From contig NC_068983.1 of assembly GCF_001194135.2 (NCBI RefSeq), positions 81,477,865 through 81,534,992 of the forward strand: a stretch of 57,128 nucleotides of DNA, read 5' to 3'. Made by a program: the position numbers and the translations under genes. Shown piece by piece: positions 1 to 13,204 of this stretch (the first letter of the stretch is position 1; each line of letters starts with the position of its first letter). The stretch is from Octopus bimaculoides. Lineage: Eukaryota. The notes beneath the pieces are model-generated. The model was not told where the DNA came from. It did no database searches and was given only the letters and a program-made list of their open reading frames with translations.

Positions 1-144
1 TTTGTGCTTTGTTTATGTCTCCGTTCCTTTTTTGTCCACGTTTATTTGACGTCCTGTACCCATATATACATCTATATATACATGTAGATGTAGGTATGTA
101 CGTATATGTATGTATATATGCATATGCTCACATATCCTTTGTAT

Positions 145-191
<47 letters not shown>

Positions 192-237
192 AAGGTGTTT
201 ATTCGCAATTTACAACCAGAAGGCAACAAATTTGTCT

Positions 238-814
238 TTACTAAAGTAACGGAGGGTGCTAGTTAGTATAGGCATTGCTAGAGATAAGAGTCAAAACAAC
301 ACTTAGCCTCGTGAGAGCACTTTTCTAATGAGTGACAAGGGAAATAAGCTCCCAACAGCAAGAGAGATGGAGTCATATCAACGCTGATTTCAGATTTGAT
401 TAATCTTCATGAGTGACCCATTACCCCGTCGCCGAGAGTTAAAAACTGAACTCTCCTTGTCAGTCTTATGGAGAACACCATAGGAAGCATTGACTGATTC
501 CGAAAATGGTAAAGTGAGAATTATAAATTATTAAGGTGGTTACTTACAATTTACAACCTAAAGGCAACAAGTATGCGTCACTAGAGTGACGGAGGGTGCT
601 AGTAAGCACCAGCGTTGCTAGACGGAATAATAGGCCACTGATAATGATTAATCAAATCTGAAATCAGCGCTGATATGATTCTATCTCGCTTGCCGTAGGG
701 AGCTTGTCTCTCTTGTCAGTTGTTAGAAAAGTGCTCTCGTGTAGCTAAGAGTTGTTTTGACTCTTATTTCTAACAATGCTGGTGCTCACTAGCATCCTCC
801 GTCGCTTTAGTGAC
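238..814. mobile_element. Foldback/MITE-like element with ~170-bp imperfect inverted arms (238-405 and 646-814)
   Basis: gataagagtcaaaacaac...gctgatttcagatttgattaatc (283-405) is the reverse complement of gattaatcaaatctgaaatcagc...gttgttttgactcttatttc (646-770). The pairing continues through acggagggtgctagt / actagcatcctccgt. Flanked by (TA)n and (TG)n. Confidence 0.65.
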
Positions 815-821
815 TGTATGT

Positions 822-823
822 GA

Positions 824-871
<48 letters not shown>

Positions 872-899
872 ATGTGTGTTTGTGTGTGTGTGTGTGTGT
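822..899. repeat. (TG)n microsatellite
   Basis: Direct dinucleotide run. Confidence 0.95.
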
Positions 900-900
900 A

Positions 901-1146
901 GGTCCCTAGGCTTAGTGGCTACGGTGCCGGACTCATCAGGATCGTAAGGTTGTCGTTTCGATTCCTGGATCGGGTGATGAGTTGTATTCTTGAGCAAAAC
1001 ACCTTATCTCACGTTGCAGCAGCCCACTCAGTTGGTAAAAATGAATGATCCTGCAAACGGACCGGCGTCCCGTCCAGGAAGGAATATATACACCAGATAA
1101 ACCGGGAAATCGGCCCTATGATCCTTACGGAGTTATGCAGTCTAAC
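901..1146 (+). mobile_element. tRNA-derived SINE (family C)
   Basis: A-box-like TAGGCTTAGTGG and B-box-like GTTTCGATTCC, followed by a central domain ttcttgagcaaaacaccttatctcacgttgc...actcagttggtaaaaatg. Bounded by microsatellites. Confidence 0.7.
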
Positions 1147-1475
1147 CACATACATACATACATATACACATACACACATACACCATACATACGTACGTGT
1201 GTTTGTGTGTATGGAGACCGTGTATTTATCCATAACATATATATACGGTATATATAAATATAACTTTTATACCTATCACATATATTATGCATTTAACACG
1301 TCCGACTGTTTATGCTTTTGCTATATAGAAACAAGTGCATATTTTATCTCTCTCTCCCTCTCTCTCTCTCTCACACTCTCTCTCTCACACACTCTATCTC
1401 TCTTCCCATACACACACACACACACACACTACGCACATACCTGTACGTATATATGCATATACTCATTTATTATTT

Positions 1476-1510
<35 letters not shown>

Positions 1511-1569
1511 CACAATGAGTCCAACATCGTGATTACTAAGCCATGCATCTCCACACACACAGACATGCA

Positions 1570-1608
<39 letters not shown>

Positions 1609-2024
1609 TCGTATGAAGTTTATGAACATAAAGTCACTCACAGACACTGGACCAGCCATTTACCGACATGTACGCGGACTCACCACTCATTCTTATTCTC
1701 GTATATGCTACACTTCTCGGAGATAGTTCGGCTCATATCACGCCCACTCGGACATTTCTACCTCACCACCTCTCCTTTCAGATTCTTTGTTGCACTTCGG
1801 ATCCTTTATTTGTCAGCATGTAGGCCCTCAATTCTTTCCCTGTTTATGTCTTTTCTGTATATATGGGTGCCCCAGACAAATCTCCTTCCCGATAATCAGC
1901 AAAATACTGAAGGACCCGGGTTCTTCTCTCTACTCTTGACGAAATATGTTCTCAGATGGCGCAGACTGGAAACGTAAACAAGTCTTCCCTTTCGATGTTC
2001 TAATATTCTGACATTCTTTCCTAA

Positions 2025-2161
2025 TCTATTACCTAAAAGCTCTACTACATTTGCCGGCACTGAAAGAATGAAAGCTGACGTAAGGAGGATCAGAATGCAG
2101 CGCGCGTTGTTCTTAGCAAATACTGCAAAGCATTCTATTTCATACTCTAATCATTCTTGCT
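2025..2161 (-). mobile_element. Degenerate SINE family B fragment
   Basis: Weak reverse-complement match to the 23098-23310 copy (gaaagaatgaaagc...aaatactgcaaagcatt). Confidence 0.4.
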
Positions 2162-2209
2162 CATTTTAAAAGTGAAAAGAAGACAAGTTTTAAGCAGAAG
2201 GTGATTTAT

Positions 2210-2985
2210 TCAATCAGTGATATAATTACCGTTTAGTTCCAGTATCTTCTGCTATCTTTTGGACAAATTCTTTATTACCTGCTCAAAGAATTTCCTGTTC
2301 TTACTGGCGAAAACTCTTCCAGGCGAATTTTTACAACTTCCTCAGAGTGTCTGTCCATTCAATGAATTTTGAAAAGACCGAAACAGGTGGAAATTTGAAG
2401 GCGCAAGGTCAGGTAAGTATGGATGATGCGGCAAAACTTCCAAACCAAGTCCCAGTAATTTCTGCCGCGTCTGCAAGGAAGTGTGTAGTCTGACATTGTC
2501 GTGATGAAAGACAATGCCATTATAATTAGTAAGTACTGGACACTTCTGGTGGCCCGTTGCATTTAATTTATTTATTCAGTCACATTACACATCCAAATTG
2601 TTAGTTCCGTTTCTGGGAAGCTTCTCATAACAGACAATATCATTCAATAGATGTGGGACTCAAACATCGAGTCTGCTGACATAACCAAGTCGATGCTGAT
2701 GGTTTTCAACACTCGATATGGATAACTGGAGAATATCTACGATCATCCTGGTCGTATAATGGGAACTGGTGTCGACTAAGTCCTTCATTTATCGCTGTTA
2801 ATCTCATTTGGCCAGCCAGAGGGTGCTGCATCTTGAACCGAAAAATTTCCCGATCGAAATCTTGTAAACCACTTCTGACACAAACGTTCTGTAATAGCAT
2901 GCTCTCCGTTCATAGCGCATATCTCCCTGCAGGTTTTCTTCGCTTTCTTGCCTTTTTCAAATAATAAGATAAAGCATGAGGTGCC
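2210..2985 (-). mobile_element. Mariner (DD34D) transposase remnant with internal deletion, stops and frameshifts
   Basis: Minus-strand fragments read KTCREICAMNGEHAITERLCQKWFTRFRSGNF (HTH region) and GIVFHHDNVRLH...EVLPHHPYLPDLAPSNFHLFRSFQNSL...GNYITD*, matching the mariner HDNARPH and YSPDLAP motifs. Confidence 0.85.
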
Positions 2986-3592
2986 TATACTATTGGTTTT
3001 GGCTCTCCATTTTCAGGGTGATCCCAAGCGAACAAAGTACAACCTGTCTCGTCGCAAGTTCGCGTCGAACAATGCTGAAGAGTCAAGTACCAAAAGAATG
3101 CGCACGCGCAAGGGACAGACTGAAGTTAGCTACTTATTAGAGTGCTTGAAATTTAGTGTTGACAAAACCCGTACGAACTTTGCGGCCAATCCAATACACA
3201 TACATACATACACACAGCACACGCACACGCACGCACACGCGCACGCGTGCGTATGTAGTCATACGCAAGAATGCCGGCATAATCGAATGGTAAGATTTCA
3301 CTACGCAATCACATCCAAACATGCTGCATGTTTGGGCATCTGATTTTTAAGGCAGCTTGGAGTTGCACCAAGCTGTAGAACGGATTCTAAACAGTCTGAA
3401 ACTGTTTCGAACCAATCGTTGTAAGACACTGTTGTGTCGATTCTCTTTCAGTATTGCATTATCGCTAGAACTGCAAACATGCTTCTATTGATTGTATAAT
3501 AGGAACAATTATCCTTAACGTCGATTCTAATAACACATACACACATATGTTTAGACATATATATATATATACATATATATATATTTGCATAT

Positions 3593-4064
3593 NNNNNNNN
3601 NNNNNNNNNNNNNNNNNNNNNNNNNNNNNNNNNNNNNNNNNNNNNNNNNNNNNNNNNNNNNNNNNNNNNNNNNNNNNNNNNNNNNNNNNNNNNNNNNNNN
3701 NNNNNNNNNNNNNNNNNNNNNNNNNNNNNNNNNNNNNNNNNNNNNNNNNNNNNNNNNNNNNNNNNNNNNNNNNNNNNNNNNNNNNNNNNNNNNNNNNNNN
3801 NNNNNNNNNNNNNNNNNNNNNNNNNNNNNNNNNNNNNNNNNNNNNNNNNNNNNNNNNNNNNNNNNNNNNNNNNNNNNNNNNNNNNNNNNNNNNNNNNNNN
3901 NNNNNNNNNNNNNNNNNNNNNNNNNNNNNNNNNNNNNNNNNNNNNNNNNNNNNNNNNNNNNNNNNNNNNNNNNNNNNNNNNNNNNNNNNNNNNNNNNNNN
4001 NNNNNNNNNNNNNNNNNNNNNNNNNNNNNNNNNNNNNNNNNNNNNNNNNNNNNNNNNNNNNNNN

Positions 4065-4065
<1 letters not shown>
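3593..4065. other. Assembly gap (N run) flanked by (TA)n
   Basis: Run of N. Other gaps: 7467-7633, 8822-9217, 14075-14448, 23706-23714, 28830-29282, 32358-32392, 35846-36124. Confidence 1.
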
Positions 4066-4095
<30 letters not shown>

Positions 4096-4574
4096 CAGAC
4101 ACACACATACACACACATATATATAAACATGTACATTACGTATAAGATGTGGTGTGTGTAACATTTTCATTAACTTGGTCCAACCCAAATTTAGGTACAA
4201 AAGAAGGTGCTTAGAATCTTGTCAGATGAATTCTACGTGTAATTCAAAGTGTTAACCTTTGAATCTTTCTCAGAATTACGTTTAGTATACAAGTTTCTAT
4301 CTACCCAAATATTTACAAAAACGCATGCAGGCGGATTAATGGAAAACATGTACACACACACACATGCACAAGCACACACAAAGCGCAACTACAACCGTGT
4401 GTTTAAGTTCTTGACAAACTGGTAACATAGCCAATCGTTAACATGCAGATAAATAAAAGATTATCGGATTGAAATAGCACTAGAGTTGCTATGATTTGCT
4501 AAATGTTCTGATGGTGGTGTGATGCCATGTGCGCAATGTGACTTAAAACAGTAAAATTAATACACACACCAATA

Positions 4575-4705
4575 TATATTAGGTAATGAGCGAAACAGGA
4601 AACAAGACGGGAGGAACAAATTTTGACAAAGATGTTATTAGTTTAAAGCTTAAACGGAAGGGAGAGTCTGACGTTTCGGATCCTAGTCCTTCATCAGAAT
4701 AAAAA
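4575..4705 (-). mobile_element. Penelope-like element 3' terminal fragment carrying a minimal hammerhead-like motif
   Basis: Minus strand reads ttCTGATGAaggactaggatccGAAAcGTCagactctcc, the CUGAUGA...GAAAC-GUC layout typical of PLE-associated hammerheads. Confidence 0.55.
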
Positions 4706-4893
4706 AGAGACAAAACAGAAAATAGTAAAAAATAGAGGAGAAAAGATGGTGAAAAAGAAAGCAAGAGGGAAGGAAAGAAAGAAGGAAGAAAAAGTGTTGG
4801 GAGCCAGGTGCGTATGCGGTTCTATGGAGGAGATGTGTATTTCTATTTATATATATATTCGTCTGCGTATTATTGTTATAAATACACCCACAC

Positions 4894-4897
<4 letters not shown>

Positions 4898-4962
<65 letters not shown>
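4898..4962. repeat. (TA)n microsatellite
   Basis: Direct dinucleotide run. Confidence 0.95.
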
Positions 4963-4966
<4 letters not shown>

Positions 4967-5109
4967 TGTGTGTGTGCGTGTGTGTGTGTGTGTGTATGTA
5001 TGTATATATGTATGCACAAACAAAAACATATGCATTCATTGAGTCATACATACGTACCATCAAAATCCAGGAAAAAGCGAACGTTTATAATAAATTAATA
5101 CCTATTTTA

Positions 5110-5530
5110 TAGTTCATATACCCTGGCTATAAATCTTCATTTGTACCTAGCATCATAGGTGCATTAGGCTATGTAACAACAGCTTTTCACAAACAAACAA
5201 AAGAAAGGAAAAAGGAATTACTAGGTTTTACCGGAGAAAGAGCATAAGAAACTGACGCGGATTTTTCAAATCTAATCTATTAGCGGAACAATGAAGAATC
5301 TCCATCTGAGCTTCTTAGGATGAATATAGATGCACACACTTCGATGTGTGTTTCGAAAGCTCAATCAACACATCAACTCAAACACATATTTACAAACAGT
5401 GGGAATCCTTTTAACTCAAAAAATCTTGTCGTTTTGTTAGCGACCGACTTGAACTCCTTTAAGAACTTTAAATACATTACAGAAGTTACATACATACATA
5501 CATAGAATATACCGTACACAGTAGAACATT
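5110..5530 (+). repeat. Old duplicated block, paralogous to 13205-13725
   Basis: Shared collinear motifs: taccctggctataaat, atcataggtgcat, agaaactgac, atttacaaac, ctcaaaa.atcttgtc...ttgttagcgac.gactt. Confidence 0.75.
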
Positions 5531-5934
5531 AGTTTGTTACTTGCAGCGTATGTTATTCTCAGTGGCGTAGTAGAATCATCATAGAATGCTTTAAATGCAA
5601 AGAAGCTGATGTAGAAAAAAATAAAATAAAAACTAGAGAGACATCAAACTGATGCTATGCAACGTAGCTCTGCGAATTATGAATAAAAACAGCTTAGATA
5701 TGAGCTTCTGTTTGGATTTGATCCAAACGATCTACCACTGACGTTTTCGTGCCAGTGTAACAACTATAAAAGTTGTGTGCATAGAACAAGCCACTATATT
5801 GAGCATTCGTTGACTTTGAAAAAGCATTTGGCAGGATTCTACCCTCTATAACCCGAAATTCACTAAAAAAGAAAACTACGCGTAGATGAATAGTATTTAA
5901 GGACCGTACAAGCTATGCACAGATACAATCAACA

Positions 5935-6115
5935 AGTTAGATGTTAGCGATGGATTTAGCCAGCAATTTGGTATTCACTCAGGTTCAGTTCTCAGTTCCC
6001 TTCTGTTTATAGTCTTCAAGAACAAAGCGGTAGAGTTTAAAGCCGGCTGTCCTTGGGAACTTCTATAAGCAGCCAACGTGGTTCTGACAGCCGAATCTAT
6101 TGAAGAAATAAATAA
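5935..6115 (+). mobile_element. RTE-clade LINE reverse transcriptase fragment
   Basis: Reads GSVLSSLLF...EFKAGCPWELL*AANVVLTAESIEE, a decayed GCPWELLYADDLVL motif. Same family as 30545-31185. Confidence 0.7.
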
Positions 6116-6600
6116 AATAAATTGAAACGTGAATCCAAAGTTTAGAATCGAGATGTTTTAATGAAATCAAGACAAAAGTTTTAGTTTTCTGGAAAGAAAA
6201 ACGGACTCTGCTGTCATATATGCTGTGTGTGTGTGAATGTGTGCATGCGTGCGTGTGAGTATAAATGGTATGTAGGAATTCTGTAAAATGTCCCAATACA
6301 AACTATGAATGCGCAAGAAATTCTGTGAGATAATTAGCCGATTCACGGAAGAGGATTTAATATGTAGATGTTCGAAATTAGTTAGCATTAAGAGCTCCAC
6401 CGAAACATATCCATTCAAATGTACGAAGTGAAGTGTGACTTAGACAGGATTTAATAGTTACCGAAGGGACCTAAAAGCGAGACAAAGCACAGGAAAAAAA
6501 CTGGAGAAACCTGATGTCAAACAAAATTACAAACGAACGCAGCGAGACAATGCGCTGAGTAAAACCCTGAACAACCCACCAAGCCAATAAAAAACGGAGA

Positions 6601-6661
<61 letters not shown>

Positions 6662-6954
6662 TACATATGTATATAATTTAATGTAGACAGCATTAAAATA
6701 AGAGCTGCTAATAGTTTCTTGTCATAGAGACACTGAGATTGTAAAGATTTATATGACGTGCCTAGCCACGCTATATAAATCTGCTTCATTTCAGTATCAT
6801 TATGACTAGAAACTATTTCTAGCTCTTATTTTAAATGCTGTCAACATTAAATGATATTTATCTCTCACTGAATGGAGTAGATTTTGTTGATCCTACTTTA
6901 ATGAAACAGTAAACTATGCATACATATAAATATACATACATGCACACACACACA

Positions 6955-7103
6955 CAGTTGCCGTCTACCGAGTACACTCACAAGTCTTTGGTGCGCCCGA
7001 TGCTATAATAGAAGACACTTGTCCAAGGTGCCACGCAGTGGAATTGAACCCGGAACCATGTGGTTGGTAAGCAAGCTACTTACCACATACCCACTCCTGC
7101 GCT
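6955..7103 (-). mobile_element. SINE family A, 5' half
   Basis: Reverse complement of gcgcaggagtgg...gtggtaagtagcttgcttaccaaccacatggttccgggttc...ggcaccttggacaagtgtcttc. Confidence 0.9.
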
Positions 7104-8026
7104 TATGTTGAAATAATGTGGTTATTAGCTTTGCTTTTATAATAAACTACGGAAGACGGCAGGAATTATAATTTTTTATGACTTAATAGAGTTGTCGCTG
7201 TTTAATTACGTATTTAATTACGTATTTAGGAGAGGTTCTAATGTACTTACGGAATTCATTTATCGATCCGGTTGTACATTGGGTAAAGGTGTTTGAAAGT
7301 TGTGATTTCTTTGGTTTGTTTGTTCCCAAACAACACTTATTTTAGTGCTGTTGACACCACTGGATTGAATGGTACTGCCCAGGTGTCGAAACCATAATGA
7401 TATCCGTGGGGCAGCTGATGATGGAGGTATGTTGGATTGTTGGTATGGCTGTGGAATAGCATTATANNNNNNNNNNNNNNNNNNNNNNNNNNNNNNNNNN
7501 NNNNNNNNNNNNNNNNNNNNNNNNNNNNNNNNNNNNNNNNNNNNNNNNNNNNNNNNNNNNNNNNNNNNNNNNNNNNNNNNNNNNNNNNNNNNNNNNNNNN
7601 NNNNNNNNNNNNNNNNNNNNNNNNNNNNNNNNNGAGGGAGAGAGATAGAGAGAGAAAGAGGCAGGCGGCAGATAAAAAGATAGGCAGACATTACCAGTAT
7701 TTATAGTTGTGTGTGTGTTGAGTATTGTCTGCTTATACATTTGCCTTATAGACAGAAACTACAAAATGAACAGTCACGAAACAATGTCTATTTTTTATTA
7801 GACACCTTACATTGAAGTTTTGCATAACATTTATTTTCAGGATTAGCAACCAAGGCTCTCTCAGATCCTAATGTAAAGACAAGTGTATGGCTTATTCAAG
7901 AGTTTCAATAAGCCATACAACCGATGAAACATAGAAATCACTATCAATAAAATTACAAAGAATACATGCATACACAGACGTACAGATGCAAATACATAAC
8001 ACACTCACACACTCACACACACACAC

Positions 8027-8128
<102 letters not shown>

Positions 8129-8156
8129 TAGATATAGATATAGAGATATAGATATA

Positions 8157-8293
8157 GGCGCAGGCGTGGGTGTGTGGTTAAAAAGCTTGCTTCCCGATCA
8201 TATAGTTCTGGGTTCAGTCCCACTGCGTGGCACCTTGGGCGAGTGTCATCTATTATAGCCTCGCGCTGACCAAGACTTTATGAGTGGATTTGA
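8157..8293 (+). mobile_element. SINE family A, 5' half
   Basis: ggcgcaggcgtgggtgtgtggtt...gggttcagtcccactgcgtggcaccttgggcgagtgtc. Confidence 0.9.
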
Positions 8294-8674
8294 TTTCTAA
8301 TCAACCAAAATGCGTATAAACACACGCACACACATATAGGCATACATACATACATAAACATTTCTTGTATATACTTATAAATAGATTATGCATATATGAA
8401 TTTATATATTACATTTGTAAAATGTATATATTTTCACATAAAAATATGTATATACGTATATAATATATTTACACATGAAAATATTTACTCACATACATAC
8501 ATACCAATATATATATATATTGCACACATTAAATATAGTTGTACATGGTGCATATCTATGTATATTATACGTTTATATACACACGTATATACACTCATCT
8601 TATATTGCAGATACACGTGTGTTGTGTGTATATATATTATATAATTACACAAGCGCAGGTACAGCTGTGCATTG

Positions 8675-8757
8675 GCGCAGATATGGCCATGTGGTTCAGC
8701 CGACCACAATGGCAAGTGAATAAATTTGGCAGACAAAATCTGTGTGGAAGCCCGTCA

Positions 8758-8760
<3 letters not shown>
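8675..8760 (+). mobile_element. Internally deleted SINE family A fragment running into (TG)n
   Basis: ggcgcagatatggccatgtggtt joined to gtgaataaatttggcagacaaaatctg...gaagcccgtc. Confidence 0.6.
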
Positions 8761-8821
<61 letters not shown>

Positions 8822-9217
8822 NNNNNNNNNNNNNNNNNNNNNNNNNNNNNNNNNNNNNNNNNNNNNNNNNNNNNNNNNNNNNNNNNNNNNNNNNNNNNNN
8901 NNNNNNNNNNNNNNNNNNNNNNNNNNNNNNNNNNNNNNNNNNNNNNNNNNNNNNNNNNNNNNNNNNNNNNNNNNNNNNNNNNNNNNNNNNNNNNNNNNNN
9001 NNNNNNNNNNNNNNNNNNNNNNNNNNNNNNNNNNNNNNNNNNNNNNNNNNNNNNNNNNNNNNNNNNNNNNNNNNNNNNNNNNNNNNNNNNNNNNNNNNNN
9101 NNNNNNNNNNNNNNNNNNNNNNNNNNNNNNNNNNNNNNNNNNNNNNNNNNNNNNNNNNNNNNNNNNNNNNNNNNNNNNNNNNNNNNNNNNNNNNNNNNNN
9201 NNNNNNNNNNNNNNNNN

Positions 9218-9268
<51 letters not shown>

Positions 9269-9599
9269 GTTCAAAAAAACAATAACAAAAAAACAAAAAA
9301 ACAACAAAGTGAGGACGTGATATGGATAGTATTATTGGACGCTCAGGAAAGGAAATACTTACAAACATGCATACATACATATATGTATGTATGTAACACA
9401 TCCTTCATCCACACACGGTCCTCCACACATATATGAACACATGCATATTCTCATAGTCAGAGAGCTCCGTTAGCCCTCCACCACTAAACACTAATATCAA
9501 ACGAAACTCAAAGAAGACAGAATACGAGATGACAATATAAAACAATGAAACTCCAAAACTATACAGAAGCCTGGGTATTTGGCCCAGTATGAACATCCA

Positions 9600-10950
9600 T
9601 CTTACTACAGACAACACCAACATCCTGACAAATCGACAATTGTCTTCGTAATTTAGAAAGATGTTTTTTCGTTGTTGAATCGGAATTCAATAACAGTAGG
9701 CTTATTGAAAAATGTGCCATATCATAACGACGAGTATTTGAAAATATGAAAATGCCTCTGATATCAGAAAACCTAAATCCGAATAGCATCCCTCTCGAAT
9801 TACTGGAACATGGCGGTCTCTGATCCAGAAATTATGGGAAGACAGCCGATTCCCAAAAGAATTTTAAAATAGTTATCACCATCTTCAGGAAGAGAAATCT
9901 AAATCATGTGGTAATTCTTTCTGAATAACATTGCTCTCTGTCGCAGACGAAAAAATTTGCAAGAGTACTTCTAAGCCGCCTCCAGATCGTCAAAGGAAAA
10001 GTGTTTCCTGAATCTCAGTTCAGTTTTTGTGCCTGTCGTGGTACAGCTGACTATTTTCTGTGCAAAACAGCTATAGGTTAAAGGAAGAAAACAACAAAAA
10101 CTTCTCTTCCTTGTATTTTACGACCTGAAAATGATTTTGACAGCATGCAAAATGATGCAACAAGTCTTCAACGTTCTTCAGGCCACGTCATCTCACTTGT
10201 TCAAGCCCTGCACCACGGTATATCTGGTTACATTTTTCGTCACACAAAACTTCCTGAACATTTCTCAACTACTTGTGGACTGAAGCAAGGTTGTACCCTC
10301 ACAGCTAGGCTCTTTACTCTTATTAGCACTGTTTCTGAACCTCTTCCGAACAATCCACGTGTTGACATAAGATACTGCTTTGATGGCAGGTTATTTATCA
10401 CAGGTATATTTCGATTACATCAATTCACTAACCTCGAACATATCGCTGATTTCAAAACTACTCTCTATTACACACATTATGAAATCAGTCAACAACTTCA
10501 CCATTGCATATGATTACTGTGGTCACAGAGGGGATATTTGGAAGACCGAGGTCCTTGCCCTACCAGTTCCAAAGATTAACCACCTTACTACTGAAAATGA
10601 TAAGAAACATATAATTGAATTAGTTCATTCAGCCTATTGAAAATTGACAAAACGAGGCTTTAATGACAAAAATCTATCCGAAAATGGCGAAACCGACGGT
10701 TCCTAAGGCTGTTGTAATTAATCTCAGTATTACTATAATGTGAAATATGGACAAATTATCGCCAGGACATTAAAAGCTGGAATTTTTCCACTAAGAAAAG
10801 CTTCGCATCATTTTAAACATTAAATAGTTGGACTGCATAACCAAGAATACTATCCAAGAAAAAATTACCTCTCGAAGGACTGAATCGCTGTTTACGATGT
10901 TCAGGACGTGTGGTTAGAATGACAGAAAAGAGGTGTTGGTGTAAAAGTTT
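9600..10950 (+). mobile_element. RTE (BovB-like) LINE reverse transcriptase remnant, heavily decayed
   Basis: Fragments IPLELLEHGG, KLWEDSRFPK, KVFPESQ and GLKQGCTLTARLFTL lie in the RTE RT motif order. Confidence 0.75.
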
Positions 10951-11879
10951 TATATTCCGCCACTAGCTTAATACCATTACTGAGAACAGTAGTCCAGACG
11001 GCTAAGAACAGTATCAACCTGTTTCCTTGCACTCCTGTTCTGTTCTGAATAATCTCAGATCCGTTCAACCACTCTGCTGCACAATGTTGCTATATTAATA
11101 AGCACAGGGTACATAATAACTCATATCGATTCCCAGATTACTGATGGAAGAACACTTAGAAGTTTGCAGCATTAAACTGCGGGTTGTTTTCTTCAGTCCA
11201 TTTGTATTGCACTTAGCTGTCACCGTAAGTTTGTGATATTATCACGGTTCTTAATCTCAAGTAATATTTTGTATTTTTAGCGTGGCTAGTGAGAGTAGCT
11301 GTCTGTATGACTTCAGGTTGAAATATTCTGAGAATACTTTGGATTCGTCTTCAGACTTTGGACACACAGTGAGATATATATATGTATACATATATAAATA
11401 CACGCACATACACATACATACAAGGATTTTAGTCGTTCATATTGACCCCCATACGTTTTCAATTTTTTTTCTTTCATCGATCTCAATGGAAAAACTCATT
11501 TCGGTCTCTTGATGCAACAACCATTTTTAAAAAAAGTATACGGTTTGACAAGGTATCAGCCATCGTATGTTTCAAAAGATTTATTGTCTTTTAGATATGT
11601 ATGTATATATATATATATATTTAAAAATATACACTGCGTAAAATAAAGTATGTATAAATGTATAAGCTGAAGGCATAGCTATTTATGTGCGTAATTGTCA
11701 ATGGAAACAGTCCCCCGTATTAAGTTTTGCTGATACTTGATTAAACGCGCTGTGGAAAGAATCGAATATTCTCAGACTGTGTAAGGAGATTGATAGGAAA
11801 GATCTGAGAAATTATCACCTTATATGCCCCTTGTCTCATCTCTACATACAGTTTACAAAAGATGTAGTCATAACATTTC

Positions 11880-12830
11880 GATGACCAACAGTCAAAGGAA
11901 TAAGGAGGTCTTCGGAAGAACTACATTGTGAAAAACCACAGCTTCTACAAAGGGTCAAAGAATATAGGCTGCCACTTTGCATCATCTTCATAGACTACAA
12001 AAAGGTTTTCAATAGCTTGAGGAGAATGCAATTCTGAAGAAGGAGTCGAGGTACAATATATCAAACTTCTCAGAGAGGCGAACATTGAATGTTCCACCGA
12101 TATAAATCTGCTGTCAACAACAAGGAGATATCTCTTCAGAGTTCTTCATCATGCCTTGAATGATAATCAGAAACATCGTCTAGAATGGTGGTGGCCTCAA
12201 CATCAACGGCTAGCTACCTCCGATTCACAGATTAAATCGTGTTTATCTCAGCAGCCTCAGATCAGCTGCAAAGTCCAGCACTAGACCACAAAAGAAATTG
12301 TATGAAAGCAGCATACATAACATGCAGTTCGAAAACGTAGCAAAAGGTCGAATAGTGATGGGAAGCTATGAAATAGAGAAGGTGAAGGGATAAGTGTACA
12401 TAGGACATGCAGTAAATATATGCCGAAACACGAACGGTGAAATACGCTAAGAGCAGGGTGAAATGCATGTTTCGATTACTGACGTACTCGAAGCACAGCT
12501 GGTCAATTTGCATCAATTTCTCCAAAAACTGCATTCTTATATGCAAGGGAGACTTGGGATACTGAGAAGAGGAAAGAACAGCGACTGGTTACGATACAGA
12601 AAGCCATGGAAAGATTCATGCTAGAAAGGAGCATATCGGAAACGAAGCAGTTAGAGAAGGCAGTAGTGTGAACGATGTGATCGCGGAATACGGACAGCAC
12701 GATTTCCGCTGCGCTGGATATGTCGCAAGGCTCACAGATTGCAGGTAGACCAGTGCAGTTGTCGAGTGATAAAAAGGCATGGAAAGAGACCATTGAGACG
12801 TGTTTCAAGGAGATGGGACGGCAATATAAT
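11880..12830 (+). mobile_element. RTE-clade LINE reverse transcriptase remnant
   Basis: KEYRLPLCIIFIDYKKVFNS (RT motif 3), a decayed ING..YL..LRFTD (motif 5) and GYVARLTDCR*T (RTE C-terminal GHVAR..D.RW). Confidence 0.75.
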
Positions 12831-13019
12831 CTAACAATTCGGACTCAAATGGAAGAGAATGAAAGCAATCAAGGGAAGAATATAATTGCATTGCAACCAT
12901 TGATATAAAGAGACAGCTAATTGTCTTGTCAGAAATACATACATTCACGCGCGTGTGCGCGCACACACACACACATCAAAGGTATGTCGGGATGTGAAAA
13001 TATTTAACCTTTAATAACA

Positions 13020-13195
13020 AGGAATACCAGTGAAGTTTTTTCAATAAAAACAGCAATCGGGTGCAAACACAACAGACCTGATACTGTTCTGTGGTACAGA
13101 GAACAAAAGTTATGCACCATTGTAGAGATCAACTGCTCAGTCAATGAATGTACCATCAAAAATCAGGGGAAGACATTTACAGTGGACTAATATGC
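13020..13195 (+). mobile_element. Possible R4/Dong-type restriction-like endonuclease fragment
   Basis: Decayed frames resemble IPVK...NRPDI...EK.C...E.SCP...N...KI. Confidence 0.35.
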
Positions 13196-13204
13196 AATTT
13201 ACAG

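Noticed and set aside
9-1977. ORFs rich in YIYI, HTHT, CVCV and LSLS here and throughout the window
   Set aside because: They are translations of (TA)n, (CA)n, (TG)n and (CT)n microsatellites, with no protein-like content.
2948-3343. 131-aa plus-strand ORF in CpG-rich sequence with a CCAAT motif
   Set aside because: It overlaps the mariner 5' end and runs into a CA repeat. No recognisable domain or splice context.
3448-4200. Long ORFs spanning N runs (also at 7.3-7.7, 8.5-9.4, 14.0-14.5, 28.8-29.3 and 35.8-36.5 kb)
   Set aside because: Their length comes from assembly gaps translated as X.
7345-7426. Possible exon (ttttAG...GAG|GTATGT) with an AVDTTGLNGTAQV cadherin-like hint
   Set aside because: All three frames contain stops, and the similarity is too short to support a protocadherin call.
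8157-8230. tRNA-like A/B boxes at SINE heads
   Set aside because: No complete cloverleaf; they continue into SINE bodies, so they are not tRNA genes.
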